From sequence record MF459647.1: a DNA stretch of 64,000 nucleotides; one strand, given 5' to 3'. Position numbers and translations under genes: made by a program. Every line of letters begins with the position of its first letter. Within the stretch, counting starts at the first letter, position 1. The notes beneath the pieces were generated by a model. The model was given only the letters and a program-made list of their open reading frames with translations, had not been told where the DNA came from and made no database searches. Shown piece after piece: positions 63,839 through 64,000 of this stretch.

Positions 63839-64000
63839 ATGCCGCAAGTTGAATTTTTATACCGGGGAATTGTAAAGCTAAAAGGCAATACACTGCACTG
63901 GGATAATGACCAGAACAGCATTTCTCCTAAACGAACCCCCAACACTATACCGGTGCGAGTTACGTTAGAGCACCCGCCTAATTACGTATCTGTTACGCGA
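63839..64000 (+). CDS. Hypothetical protein, 3'-truncated
   Basis: gaggt SD; MPQVEFLYRG... open to the window end. Confidence 0.6.
   Translation, partial: MPQVEFLYRGIVKLKGNTLHWDNDQNSISPKRTPNTIPVRVTLEHPPNYVSVTR

Noticed and set aside
1-64000. CRISPR array or mini-array
   Set aside because: Repeats are dispersed terminator palindromes and promoter motifs, not regularly spaced direct repeats with unique spacers
1-64000. Stop-codon reassignment
   Set aside because: Standard-code ORFs tile the window densely, and TAG and TGA both end genes at sensible boundaries (for example 5530, 11105, 6099)

Overview
This 64 kb window comes from a large lytic tailed-phage genome. It is most consistent with a phiKZ-related jumbo phage (Chimalliviridae-like) of a gammaproteobacterial, probably enterobacterial, host. 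That assignment is inference from the promoter motifs, the GroEL-like chaperonin, dam, the paralogous virion families and a YgiB-like gene; no database search was run. About 90 tightly packed CDS lie almost all on the + strand. Bases 1-44.7 kb are accessory, early and nucleotide-metabolism genes: an HNH homing endonuclease, DEDDh exonuclease, GNAT, SPFH, an SGNH esterase, PhoH, a metallophosphoesterase, DUF1190, a MazG-like enzyme, Dam, ThyA, a GroEL-like chaperonin, thymidine kinase and many ORFans. thyA is split by a 1089-nt group I (IA2-like) intron (39616-40704) that encodes a GIY-YIG endonuclease. Bases 44.7-63.7 kb are a virion adsorption region: two discoidin-domain fibres, a DUF4376 chaperone, a tandemly duplicated four-gene cassette of FN3 plus '...PVLEL' proteins, and several proteins sharing a 'QLFLD(R/K)F' N-terminal domain. 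Two promoter classes are visible: ten copies of an early-type cTAyATwAy-N5-TGwr motif, and TATG late-type motifs. The most interesting unexplained elements are a densely structured ~215-nt intergenic region (3670-3883), the duplicated cassette with lectin-like variable C-termini, and the intron at an unusual thyA site with an SD-occluding hairpin. No tRNA, rRNA, CRISPR array, integrase or reverse transcriptase was found.
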